Below the pieces are notes generated by a model. That model saw only the letters and a program-made list of their open reading frames with translations. It ran no database searches and was not told where the DNA came from. From Octopus vulgaris (taxonomy: Eukaryota), in contig OX597834.1 in NCBI GenBank assembly GCA_951406725.2, forward strand, positions 11,160,001 to 11,224,000: 64,000 nt of DNA. The letters run 5' to 3'. Positions 41,331 through 54,975 of this stretch are shown piece after piece (within the stretch, counting starts at the first letter, position 1; the number at the start of each line of letters is the position of its first letter). A program made the position numbers and the translations under genes.

Positions 41331-41624
41331 TATACTTGGTGTTCTTAAATCTGCAACGAAAAAATCATTTCCAATCAGTCGACGTCTCTAAATTGTTATA
41401 ATATAAACACAAACACACGTATATCTGTGTTTCTATCAATCAATTTATCTGTCTCTCTGTCAGTCTATATATACCTAGATGTATACACACACACTCCCTC
41501 TCTCGCACACACATACAATTCCCCACCCATCCCCCACACACTACACATACATATAAATGAGTGTGTGACTACTGTATATATTGTTTATCCGTTTTTCGCT
41601 TTCGACTTTGTTTATGTCTATATC

Positions 41625-42011
41625 TGGAAGCACTCCGTCGGTTACGACGACGAGGGTTCCGGTTGATCCGAATTAACGGAACAGCCTGGTCGTGAAATTA
41701 CCGTGTAAGTGGCTGAGCACTCCACAGACACGTGTACCCTTAACGTAGTTCTCGGGGATATTCAGCGTGACACAGAGAGTGACAATGCCGGCCCTTTGAA
41801 ATACAGGTACAACAGAAACAGGAAGTAAGAGTGAGAGAAAGTTGTGGTGAAAGAGTATAGCAGGGATCGCCACCCACCCCCCTGCCGGAGCCTCGTGGAG
41901 CTTTAGGTGTTTTCGCTCAATAAACACTCACAACGCCCGGTCTGGGAATCGAAACCTCAATCCTATGGCCGCGAGTCCGCTGCCCTAACCACTGGGCCAT
42001 TGCGCCTCCAC
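41625..42011 (-). mobile_element. SINE B, tail type 2
   Basis: Full length; TSD TTATGTCTATAT. Confidence 0.92.
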
Positions 42012-43301
42012 GCTTATGTCTATATATTTCTCAATCCTTGCTTGTTTCTTGCCTAACATGGACGCGTGCAATGTCTATATTTTAAAAGCTTCAACGTAGC
42101 CTTTTTCTGTATCAGAGTTGGGAATAGTTGTAAACTTGTTATAATTTCTTAATGCTCACAGTAGCTGCACTACATCATCCTCGTCTGTCACTCTAACTTG
42201 TAAAAACCGTAAAAGAAATCCAAGCAATTACCATAGACCCCAGCTGTAGCTGACACATTTACGATTTGAATAAAATATCTATTCTTTTCGATGTACTTCA
42301 CACCTATGCAAACTTCCAGGTGTATTTTTTTTCTATTGCCAGAAATTTCAACACAAGTAAAATAAATGTAATTGTCTGAAGTTAACTATCGTTAGCCAAA
42401 AGATATTAACTATTAATGCAGATGAATGTCTGGCTAAGGCGTTTAGGAATGCACTCCATAATTGTGTGATCTCGCTTTCCATCACACTATGTGATATCTT
42501 GTTTAATTGTAGATAAATGCCTCGCTTTCACTCAGGAGATATTTGGTACAAACAACTACTTGGGAAGTCTTTCGAAAAGATTTTTATTCAAACGGCGAGA
42601 TTTTCACACTTATTTGGCTTTTGAATTACTTGAGTGGAGTACATACCTGTCAATTACACTTGCTCTTATAATTCATTAATCGTACACTAATCAATCAAAT
42701 GTTTAAGGTTTACCGCATATTGTATGTGTGTATCTATAAATTGCTTTTATATAATTTAATTATTTAGATAGTAGCTTATTTACTGTCATTTACTGTGTGC
42801 TATAGTAGCTTATTTACTGTGTGCTATATTCGAACCCTTTAATATTTAAATAATTGTGCTTATTGGGAATCACAGCAAAGTTTTTGTGGAAAGTTTAGCA
42901 GATATTTCTGCAAATTGTGCCAAAACCGTTTGCGCAATTCGTTAACACTTGTAGAAAAAATATGCTTGTAGAAAAATTATCTGTTTTAACACTTCTTTTA
43001 TTTCTAGAGGTTTCAAACGACGCAGCGATTTCATCGCTGGCTGCAATGTGTCTGGATTTGAACAGATAGCTTCCTTTTTTAGGTGGAGTGTGGATATAAT
43101 ACGGTCAATGGATTGTGATTTATAAATGCAATTCTGTATTATATAATATTGAAGCGTATGTTTAATCAAGTTATATTTCAGCCAAACCTAATAATCTTGA
43201 TTTGGAGCTCTTTAACAAAAATTATTTCTGACAGACATCACAGAGGCACAGAATCTGAAATTATGAAAATGTTATTTAAATTCTGCATGTTTGGTTCTAA
43301 A

Positions 43302-43697
43302 TCTCTCTATATATATATTAAGCTGAAGTTGCCTGTATATGGCATGTTTGGTAGCCATCAACTAACACTATCTACTCCGAGACCCTGCGGTGCAAGTTGA
43401 CCAAAATTGAGATTATGATAGAAGAAGGCTTGCTCTTCCTTCTGTAGAAGAAAACACTTAAATCGGACCATGTTAACACCAAAAATTATTTACATCAAAA
43501 AGGTGCTTTTCTTCTATGAAAATCCCTATTTTTTACGATTTTTTGACTATTGTGTCGACATTTTGCGGTGTATTTCCACCAGAAAAATATTCACTTAAAG
43601 AGAATAACAAGCTACATAATGCAAAACTTTTACTTTTCAAAAATTTCAATTCTAAATGGTCGAAACAAACCCGAGCCACGACGGGTGATACTGCTTG
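43302..43697 (+). mobile_element. Non-autonomous Helitron (different internal sequence)
   Basis: TC start, (TA)n-AAGCTGAAGTTG 5' end, hairpin ACCCGAGCCACGACGGGT and a mutated CTAG end. Confidence 0.75.
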
Positions 43698-44346
43698 TAG
43701 TATGTAAGATACATTTCTGTACACTGAGGTTGAAACTGCGTTCTAGAATAATACACACGTCTGGTCATCTGCGCAAAAGTTCGTAAACATCCTAAGACAT
43801 CATCAAATACATTAATTCTAGTTTTTGAGTAAAACAAATCGAACTGATAAAATTGTTTTCATGTATGGATCATGTGATTTGTATTATTTTACAATACTTG
43901 ATGAAAAGAACAATAGTAAATATGGCCAACTTTTATTGCCTGAAAAAGGAATTACACACATTTCCCGCTCGATATGTTCCAAATTTTCTTTAACGATGAC
44001 AGTTTTAAAATATTTTGTTATGTTTTAACTGTATCAAAACTATTTTTCACAACCAATTCAATTTTGGCTTCTTTTTTTTTTTTTTTATTTTCACGATCAG
44101 CAAATTATAAAATAAAGTTTTGGAAATGCTTCTTTATGTTTAAGGAGAAAAAAAAAAGATTATGTCAATTTGAAAAGTGTTAAAAAAACTCGGAAATAGC
44201 AATAAAAATAGCGACCTTATTCTTTCCATTAAAAGCAAAATCAAGTATATCAGAGCCATTACTTTCAGTTCAATAGCCTTTATGTTATGAAGAAATATTG
44301 TATGTCTTCATATGTGTGTGTGTCTTTCAATATATTCACATATATA

Positions 44347-44758
44347 GGCGCAGGAGTAGCTGTGTGGTAAGTAGCTTGCTAACCAACCACATGGTTCCGG
44401 GTTCAGTCCCACTGCGTGGCATCTTGGGCAAGTGTCTTCTGCCATAGCCCCGGGCCGACCAATGCCTTGTAAGTGGATTTGGTAGACGGAAACTGAAAGA
44501 AGCCTGCCGTATATATGTATATATATATATATATGTATGTATGTGTGTGTCTGTGTTTGTCCCCCTAGCATTGCTTGACAACAGATGCTGGTGTGTTTAC
44601 GTCCCCGTCAACTAGCGGTTCAGTAAAAGAGACCGATAGAATAAGTACTGGGCTTACAAAGATTAAGACCCGGGGTCGATTTGCTCGACTAAAGGCGGTG
44701 CTCCAGCATGGCCGCAGTCAAATGACTGAAACAAGTAAAAGAGTAAAAGAGAAAAAGA

Positions 44759-44760
<2 letters not shown>
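44347..44760 (+). mobile_element. SINE A
   Basis: Family match. Confidence 0.92.
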
Positions 44761-44808
<48 letters not shown>

Positions 44809-45594
44809 GAGTAAAACGCCCACCGACCAATGGACGGTGCTGAGTTGTCAAACAGTGAAACCAAATTTTCTCAAAACTACTTGTCCGACCGTCCCATAGG
44901 CCTCCCCTTTGAGAAACACTGATTTAACCTAAATTTGAGACACCAGCAAAAGAAGTAATAAAGATAGACTTTTTGTCTATTCCAAAGAAAAACGATTTTA
45001 TTCAAATATGCAGCCGAAGAGTTTAAAGTTACTGAATGAGTCAGTAGTGCAATAGGGGCGGTGATGATTGCCAGAGAGGGAAATAGTGCTGTAGAGGAAG
45101 CGACAGGTGGACAGCATAGATGAGAGCAAGGGAAGGGGCCAGATTAAGGACTAGGCGTGGGGAAGAGGATACGCGCCAGAAAGTCATGTATATTACGGGT
45201 GCATACGAAGGAGGGATGGGATGTCTTAGGGAATATGCTGGAAGGAGGAGTCGTCTGGTAGTAATCTGTGGAAAGCCCGTTAAATGGTGCGTTGAAGGTG
45301 TAGGGTGAATGGATGATAAAGTGGAATCTGAGGTCGATAAGGATAGGACGGGTTCGGAGAGAGAGAGAGAGACAGACAGATATAGAGACAGACAGACAGA
45401 GAGACAGACATAGAAAGAGAGAGAGAGAGACAGAGTGAGAGAGATTGAGAGAGAAAAAGCATGGATGCATGGTCAACTGACCGGGTACCGGCTAGAGAGT
45501 TTTCAATAACGGTGGGTGGGTGTGGTAATCCCGCTATGTATGTTTGGAGCCATGGAAGTCGGAGAAATTTAGGTAAGAGTGAACGTCTGAGTAA

Positions 45595-45638
<44 letters not shown>

Positions 45639-45915
45639 TAATAATAAGGATAAAATTAATTAATTAATAATTAATAATTTCACCAAGTAGTGATTCGGTA
45701 TGTAAAAAACCATTATTAGTAAATTTAAACAATATTTATTACAATAAGGGTTAGGCAAAAGAATTTGCTTCACCACACACCGAACTTTAGAAATAGCAGC
45801 CAAAAAAAAAAACTACCTATTTCTCCTACTGTAAGAAACAACTCCCAGACAATATATGCTCAAAAACGTATCACGTAGGCAGAGAAAGAAAACAACGACA
45901 TTATATATATATATA

Positions 45916-46312
45916 CTAGCAGTATCGCCCGGCGTTGCCCGGGTTTGTAAGGGAAATAACTATATAAGCATTTTTAGAGAGTTATAGCCAAAAAATAGCA
46001 AAAAAATGCATTAAAAATGGAAAAAAAATGATGGTAATTTTTTTTTTAAATCGTTGACTCATCGTAGACATTTTTAGAGAGTTACTTCCCTTATATAATA
46101 GCGAAAAATGCATTAAAATGGAAAAAATAATGGTAATTTTTTTTTAAATCGTAGACTCATCGTAGACGCGCGCTAATACCCAGAAGGGCTCGATATGAAT
46201 CACGACTATAAGACACCCGGTTTTGGTTATAAACTGCACCGCAAAATGTGGGAGTAGTTAGGAATCTAAATCGTAGGAGACAGACACACAACTTCACTTT
46301 TATATATAAAGA
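45916..46312 (-). mobile_element. Non-autonomous Helitron
   Basis: Reverse complement of the 19719 family with intact termini. Confidence 0.88.
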
Positions 46313-46854
46313 TATATGTATAGCCATGTATTTCATATGTTATAATAGAGCTGACGAGAAGTAAAATGTTAGATATTTTTGTTTTCAAGTGCTTCATAAG
46401 CAGCATATAACTACTCATATAGTTACATTTTGCACCTGATTGTTAACTTTTGCGTTTCTTTGACTCCCTTGCGGTATTAAACATCTTAATCGAGGTAGTA
46501 GCAGTTACAAAACTGTAGTTACAGTTTTCTATTGCAAGTAGAATAAAACCGTCAATACGATCAAAATATCTGAAGCGTGTTTGAAGAAACGCGAATATAA
46601 TTGATCACATGATATCGACGTCCTTTAGTATATGATATGCAAAATCTTATGATATAAAGTTTAAGAAATAAGTATGACTACGTCATTACCTGAAGCCATT
46701 TTGGTTTGCAAGCGATATTGTAATTATTGTTTTTAAGTATATTCTGAAGAGGAAAGCTTGTAATTCTTGCAATTTTAGGCTTGCTGATACCAGGAAAATC
46801 GATGTACGAAATGTGTATTTTAAATAGTCAAAAGCTGATGACTACAGACAAAGC

Positions 46855-47073
46855 TCTCTTTACTCTTTTACTCTTTTACTTGTTTCAGTCTTTTGACTGC
46901 GGCCATGCTGGAGCACCGCCTTTAGTCGAGCAAATCGATCCCGGGACTTATTCTTTGTAAGCCCAGTACTTATTCTATCGGTCTCTCTTTTGCCGAACCG
47001 CTAAGTGACGGGGACGTAAACACACCAGCATCGGTTGTCAAGCAATGCTAGGGGGACAAACACAGACACACAT

Positions 47074-47104
<31 letters not shown>

Positions 47105-47279
47105 CATATATATACAAATATACGACAGGCTTCTTTCAGTTTCCGTCTACCAATTCCACTCACAAGGCATTGGTCGGCCCGGGGCAATAGCAGAAGACAC
47201 TTGCCCAAGGTGCCACGCAGTGGGAGTGAACCCGGAACCATGTGGTTTGTTAGCAAACTACTTAGCACACAGCCACTCC
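46855..47279 (-). mobile_element. SINE A
   Basis: Family match. Confidence 0.92.
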
Positions 47280-47308
47280 TTTAATTGTGTAATCAGCACA
47301 TAAAGGGT

Positions 47309-47471
47309 TTTTGTATTGCAAAAATGTAAGAGGTTTATTGCCTTATTAATGTATTTTTTGAACTAAGAGGTTTATTCCCTCGGTTTGAAACTTTTGTATT
47401 GCAAAAATGTAAGAGGTTTATTGCCTTATTAATGTATTTTTTGAACTTAGAGGTTTATTGCCTCGGTTTGA
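47309..47471. repeat. 83-bp tandem duplication
   Basis: TTTTGTATTGCAAAAATGTAAGAGG... at 47309 and 47392. Confidence 0.9.
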
Positions 47472-47854
47472 CACTAAAAGGACAATGTTTTAGAGAAGCA
47501 GAAGTCGGCGTGCGCTTTTCGTCTTCTCCCATCCTTATCATCCTTGTATCTTTATCATTCATTTCATTAATGCCCGTGTCTAGCCCGCAATCTTCCTTAC
47601 TCTATGTACTTCCTATATTGCAAATTTAATAAAATAAAGTGAAATAATAGCAGATTTTCACACAAGAAAATAATTGATGTCACAGATTGCGCTGACGTCA
47701 TTTCTTTTAATTCTCATTCTCATTTGTAATTTGTTCTTTTCGTGCTTCATAACCTTCTCGAAAGCTTTTAATCGAACAGATTGATCCCTATACGTATGCA
47801 TGGTTCCATGTTTAGTACATATTCTATAGGCCTCTGTGGTGAACCACTATGTTA

Positions 47855-48297
47855 CAAACACAAACATACACATATATACATATACATACACACAACGCAC
47901 CCGACACACACACACAAGACACACACATATATATAACACACAACACACAGTCACACACAACACACACATATACATACATACACACAACACACCCAACGCA
48001 CACACACAACACACACACATACACAACACACTACACACAATCACACACAGCACACACATACATACACACAACACGCACATATACATACACACAACACACC
48101 CAACACACACACACACACACACACAACACACTACACAGTCACACACAACACACACATGTACATACACACAACACACCCAACACACACACATACATACACA
48201 ACACACTACACATAGTCACATACAACACACACAAACACACACACAACACACATACACGCACACATACGCACACCTCACACATCGCACAAGCACACAT
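47855..48297. repeat. Degenerate (CA)n tract
   Basis: Direct inspection. Confidence 0.9.
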
Positions 48298-49590
48298 ATT
48301 TACTATGAGCGTCCACACACTTCTCGTCTCAAGCAAAATTCAATGTCCAACAAGACATTTGTCCAAACTGCCATGCTCTGGAACCGAACCTACAACGATG
48401 CAATTGCAGAGCCACCTTCATAAACACGCTCACAGCACCAGACTTTTATATTCTTGAAATATCGACGACTTCCATGCATCTATTTATTAAATTGTTATTC
48501 GTATTTCCAACAATTTATCGGACATTTGTTATTCCTATTCTCAGTTGCTTCCTTTCCTTACGAATTTTAACAGGGATTATAGCGAACAATTATCTTCAGA
48601 AAAATGTCAGATAAATTTATGTTCGTTATTCTTCTGTTTTTTGCTTTTCTTTTTCTCTTCTTTCTTATAGCTTTTATTTTATTATATTTTCATCGCATTT
48701 GATAAAAATTCATTCACTTTAATCATATTACTCGCCGATAAATGCAGTATAAATCTTCGCAAACTCTTAAACGTTTTGAACGATCTTCGATCGCGTTGCT
48801 AACTTTAGTATTTAAATAATGTGACACAATAACTCAAGTTTTATGATTATTATATTTTCGTCGTTTTGTTTCAATTCTCACAGATTTAGTTGTTTATTTC
48901 TCAGTTTCCTTGCTTTGCTCTCCCTAAAATGTGTCAATTCAATATCCTTCGGTTGAATTTTATATCCCAAAGCAAACAAAAACATTCGGCTGATAAATCA
49001 ATTTGGAATAATAACACGATAAAGTATTGAGTTGATAAAAAACAGATAAAGGTTTGATAAAATTAATATGCAGAAAACTAAATAAGACTGCAATTCATTA
49101 TCTCATTTATTTTTCTATTTCAATTGATTTCGAGGCTACATTTGCATATAACTCAGTGCATTTCTTGTTACAATAAGCTTTTTAAATTATGTTTAGTTAT
49201 TTTATTTAATTCGATTTCAATTCTGCTTCAGTTATTCCAATAAAGATTTAGAATATTTAAGAAAATTATAAGAGAGAAAAATGTAGTAGTGCTCGCGCGC
49301 GAGAGAGAGGGAGCGGGGGACAAGAGAATGCGAAAGAGTGAGGGAGAGAGAGAGACTGAGAAAGAAAGAAAGAAAGAAAGAAAGAGAGATGAATGATGTT
49401 ACAGAAGGAGGAAGAGTGAAGCAGAAAAGAAAATGAGTGTTGCACCATAATAAAATCATACTTTTACACATACTTATTCGAGTGCACATGTAATTTATAT
49501 GAATATAAGCATGTGAGATGCTGCGTACACACAAGCAAATATGCGTATAATTGAGTTTCGAAATACGCAAACGTATATAATGAACACATG

Positions 49591-49591
<1 letters not shown>

Positions 49592-49634
<43 letters not shown>

Positions 49635-50095
49635 AACATATACATGTATATATACATACATACATAGGTATATGTATATATGTATACATATATATACAAA
49701 CATATACATACATACATAGGTATATGTATATATGTATACATATATATATATCTAAATATATATGTATATATATAAATATATATGTATATATATAAATATA
49801 TATGTAATATATGTACATATATATTTATATATATGTATATATTTATATATATTTATATATATGTGTATATTTATATATATGTATATATATAAATATATAT
49901 GTAATATATGTACATATATATTTATATATATGTATATATTTATATATATGTATATATTTATATATATTTATATATATGTGTATATTTATATATATGTATA
50001 TATATATATATATATGTAATATATGTACATATATATTTATATATATGTATATATTTATATATATGTATATATTTATATATATGTGTATATTTATA

Positions 50096-50136
<41 letters not shown>
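49592..50136. repeat. (TA)n compound microsatellite
   Basis: Direct inspection. Confidence 0.95.
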
Positions 50137-50138
<2 letters not shown>

Positions 50139-50145
50139 TTTCATT

Positions 50146-50505
50146 CTCTCATTTGTTTCAGTCATTTGAATGTGGCCATGCTGGAGTACCGCTTTCTTTA
50201 GACGATCAAATCGTCCCCAGGACTTATTTTTTGTAAGCCTAGAACTTATTATATCGATACCTTTTGCCGAACAGGTAGGCTACAGGGACGTAAACACACC
50301 AACATCGGTTGTCAAGCGATGGTGGGGGGGGGGGTCAAATACAGACACTCAAACATATTCAGTTTCCGTCTACCAAATTCCCTCACAAGGCTCTGGTTGG
50401 CCCGAAGCTATATTAGAAGACACTTTCGCAAAGTTCCACGCAGTGGAACTGATCCCAGAACCATGTGGTTGGTAAGCAAGCTACTTAACATACAGCCGTT
50501 CCTGC
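50146..50505 (-). mobile_element. SINE A, older diverged copy
   Basis: Family match with many substitutions. Confidence 0.85.
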
Positions 50506-50713
50506 GTATGATTATATATATGTATATATGAGGGTGTTTGCGGAGAGAGTAGCACTGAAATCATATTCGTTTTCCGCGATTTTTAGTCACTCACAGCGAG
50601 TCTTATTACCAATCTGTCGCAAAAGCCGGCATGGTAATTTCGTATCAGGTTTATACATGCATGCATACATAAATATATAAATATCTACAGATATATGTAA
50701 TACACACACACAC

Positions 50714-50754
<41 letters not shown>

Positions 50755-50769
50755 TGTATATATTTATAT

Positions 50770-51388
50770 AAATTTAGTTTGTATTTCATAATCTCTGAAG
50801 AGGCCTTGGGATATTTTTGTAAGTGTCTCATTTATAATTACATATTGACCTATCACACATGGCTAATATGAGCATAATGAGACACCCATATCTGCATGGC
50901 CGAAACAGCTGTAAGATGTAGTTTATATTTATATTTGTATTTATTTATATTCACTTATACATACTGTACTTATTGTATCATATTACTCTTTCATGTACAT
51001 TGTTTTGTTCTATATTATTTTGTTTGACCTTAATGTTCATATGTAGTCGTTTAATAAATTATGTGATTGGGTATTATCTGGTAGTTGATCACTGATTAAG
51101 ATGTGTTTCTCCATTTTCTTATTTAGTATTATAAATATATATATATATATATGTGTGTGTGTATATACAGAATCAGAAAATTGAGAAATACATCTAAATC
51201 ATTAATCAACTACCAGATAATACCCAATCACATACTTTATTGAACCACTACATATGAACATTAAGGTTAAACAAAACAGCGTACATGAATGAGTAATACA
51301 ATACAATAGGTACAATCATTATAAGAGGATATAAATAAATAAATATATATAAATATAAATATACACTATATCTTACAGCTGTTTCGGC
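50770..51388. mobile_element. Tail-to-tail inverted pair of putative Penelope pLTR fragments
   Basis: 51163-51388 is a diverged reverse complement of 50899-51132; embedded in (TA)n. Confidence 0.75.
50791..50917 (+). ncRNA. Type I hammerhead ribozyme with extended stem II
   Basis: AUCU-CUGAAGA-GGCC..(~92 nt)..GGCC-GAAAC-AGCU-GUA-AGAU: complete core, stems I and II pair, palindromic stem III; predicted cleavage after 50913. Confidence 0.85.
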
Positions 51389-51497
51389 ATATATACACAT
51401 ATACACATTAAGAGAGATGGATAAATAGAGAGATATGTAATATATGCATGTATATATGTGCATATGTATACACACACACACACACAGATACACACAA

Positions 51498-51568
<71 letters not shown>

Positions 51569-52083
51569 TGTACTTATGACTGTTTGTGTATGTGGTTCTA
51601 TCAATTTGTTATTAAAATGTAATTTATTCGTAAACTTCCAAGTCTATTCCCATTCCTCGTCATATATTGAAAACGTTGCTATGGGATTGGAAAAAGCGTG
51701 ACGAACTCATTATCGAAGGCAAGTTCAATTAATTGATTACTACGTTGTTGGTGGAGAAGAGTTTTAGAAATAAATTTATATTTCAAAATGAATGCTTCCT
51801 TGAGTAAACAATTCCCAGAACTATGAGTCAAATATCTGCAATATTTTTCCAAGATGTGACATTACTCCATATTGTCATTTAACACCAAGCAGAGTCTTCA
51901 TAAACTCGTATAAGATCATTTCTATATTCTTGATAACTATTTGCTAAACGAGTCCGGCAGACTAAAAATCTGCTATAGCAATGGGTTTTTTGATTTTTAG
52001 TTTTTTTGCCCATTAATCGCGATCTTAAACCATACTTTCATGAGATATTATGAGTAATACGGAAATATATCTAACTTTTATTA

Positions 52084-52500
52084 CTCTTTTACTCTTTTAC
52101 TCTTTTAATTGTTTCAGTCATTTGACTGCGGCCATGCTGGAGAACCGCCTTTAGTCGAGCAAATCGACCCCAGGACTTATTCTTTGTAAGCCCAGTACTT
52201 ATTCTATCGGTCTCTTTTGCCGAACCGCTAAGTGACGGGGACGCAAACACACCAGCATCGGTTGTCAAGCAATGCTAGGGGCACAAACACAGAGACACAA
52301 ACATACACGCACACATATATATATATAAACATATATACGACGGGCTTCTTTCAGTTTCCGTCTACCAAATACACTCACAAGACATTGGTTGGCCCGGGGC
52401 TATAGCAGAAGACACTTGCCCAAGATGCCACGCACTGGGACTGAACCCGGAACCATGTGATTGGTTAGCAAGCTACGTACCACACAGCCACTCCTGCGCC
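52084..52500 (-). mobile_element. SINE A with 18-bp TSD
   Basis: TATATCTAACTTTTATTA on both sides. Confidence 0.92.
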
Positions 52501-52888
52501 TATATCTAACTTTTATTAATCTAATATATCTAATATATCTAATATAATCTAATATATCTAACTATATATCTAATAAATATCTAATATATATCTAACTATA
52601 TATCTAATATATCTAACTATATATCTAATATATCTAATATAATCTAATATATCTAACTTTTATTAATATATATTTTCCATATAAAGAGAAATCTCTGTAT
52701 ATTTTCAGATATACTTACGCCAGTCCATGAAAGCTGAGACTGGATATAAACGTTTTCAAAATTTAAGATGCGTCTTTTCTGGAAATGTTTGGTTTTACGT
52801 CTCTGTCGTACTGCGCATGTATAAAGGAGCTACACAATCAATATTTTAGGAATGACTTTAACTGCTTATGATTGGATTAATCAGATAC

Positions 52889-53089
52889 AAGTAGCTTGCT
52901 TACGAATCACATGGTTCCGGGACCAGTCCCACTGCGTGACACCTTGGGCACATGTTTTCTACTTATAGCCTCGGGTCGACCAAAGCCTTGTGAGTGGATT
53001 TGGTAGACAGAAACCGAAAAGAAGCCCGTCGTATATATGTATATATATGTATATATGTATATATATACATATATATATATATGTATATA

Positions 53090-53126
<37 letters not shown>

Positions 53127-53325
53127 GTACGTGTATATGTTTGTCCCCCTCAACATCGCTTGACAAACGATGCTTGTGTGTTTACGTCTCCATAACTTAG
53201 CTGTTCGGCCAAAGAGACACATAGAAAAAGTACTAGGCTTACAAAGAATAAGTCGTGGAGTTAATTTTCTCGACTAAAGGCGGTGCTCCAGCATGGCCGC
53301 AGTCAAATGACTGAAACAAGTAAAA
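52889..53325 (+). mobile_element. SINE A, slightly 5'-truncated
   Basis: Family match. Confidence 0.88.
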
Positions 53326-53346
53326 CGTTAATATGTCTATGTGTAC

Positions 53347-53405
<59 letters not shown>

Positions 53406-53539
53406 CGTACTTACATAAGTATGTATATATATATGTGTATGTATGTATATATATATGTATATACATATGTGTATGTATATATATATATATATATATGTCT
53501 ATTTATATATATATACATATATATATATATATGTTTATT

Positions 53540-53576
<37 letters not shown>

Positions 53577-54520
53577 GTCTATTTATATATATATATATAT
53601 ATGTCTATTTATATATATATACATACATATATATATACATGTATACACACATAGACACATTCATATACATACATACATACATATACATACATACGCACTT
53701 GCGCACCTTGAAAGTTTTTCATCTGCATTCAACATTTTTGTTCCAATAAACATTTACTAGTTTTAAATTTGTGTGCATTGTTTTCCAGCTTATTTTCACA
53801 CATTCTTGTATATGTGTCTCTCTATATGTTTGTTAATGGGTAGCGAGTTGTATGTGTGTGTGTGTGTGTGATATCCAAACAGCTCTTGTTGTCAGTTATT
53901 TATTTATTCGCCTAATGTTTAGTATTTATTAGTTACCATTAAATCATTATCGCTAAATTATATTTTCCCTCTTGTGTTTGAAATAGTTTTTTCACACTCA
54001 AGAATTATCTTAGATGTAATAACTAACTGAAAACTGTTTCCCATGTGTATGTTTAACACTCTTGTATGAAAATATAATTGTTTTTGCCATTATTGTTGGA
54101 AGACTTGCAGACTTATGTTTACTAAAATAATTTTATAGTAGACTTTCTACTATGTTAAATATCTTCAACGTGTAAGGTTGCATTCGTGGTTTGTAAATAT
54201 AGAAATAAATACTACTGAAACAATAATTTGATCCAGATTTGTGGTTTGTTTATTTTGTTTTGTGTTTCTGTCTTGTTTTCTTTCGTCTGCTGACTTTACA
54301 AAAGCTTTCCTAGAGTAAAGACATGTTTTCAATTCACATCGGTATTTAATACGAATGGTGCATTTTGAGTTCTCTTCCATCAAAACACTGCTTTTCGTAT
54401 AACATATTGTTTCTCACACATCGTTTACAATTCGCCTCTAGTGAAACAGTTATTCTGCTTCATATTCATTCATACACACACACACAAAAATAAACACACA
54501 AACATATATATATATATATA

Positions 54521-54732
54521 TTCTTTATTGCCAACAAGAGCGGACAAAAAAGGACAGACAAAGGGATTAAGTCGATTACATCGACCCCAGTGCGAAACTG
54601 CTAGTTTATTTATCAACCCCGAAAGGATGAAATGCAAAGTCACCTCGGCGGAATTTGAAATCAGAACGGAACGACAGATGAAATACTGCTAAGCGGTTCA
54701 CCCGGCGTGCTAACGTTCCTGACAGCTCACCG

Positions 54733-54734
<2 letters not shown>
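54521..54734 (-). mobile_element. SINE C monomer
   Basis: Family match, flanked by (TA)n. Confidence 0.85.
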
Positions 54735-54796
<62 letters not shown>

Positions 54797-54799
<3 letters not shown>

Positions 54800-54923
54800 G
54801 GTGTCCCAAAAAATGTATACACACCTTAAATAATTGTAAATTTGTTATTCTTTCTAAGCCTAGAACTTATTCTATCTTTCTCCTTTGCCGAACCACTATG
54901 TGTATACATTTTTTTGGGACACC

Positions 54924-54926
<3 letters not shown>
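54797..54926. mobile_element. 130-bp Tc1/mariner-type MITE
   Basis: ~27-bp TIRs CAGGGTGTCCCAAAAAATGTATACACA, flanked by TA. Confidence 0.85.
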
Positions 54927-54973
<47 letters not shown>

Positions 54974-54975
54974 TT

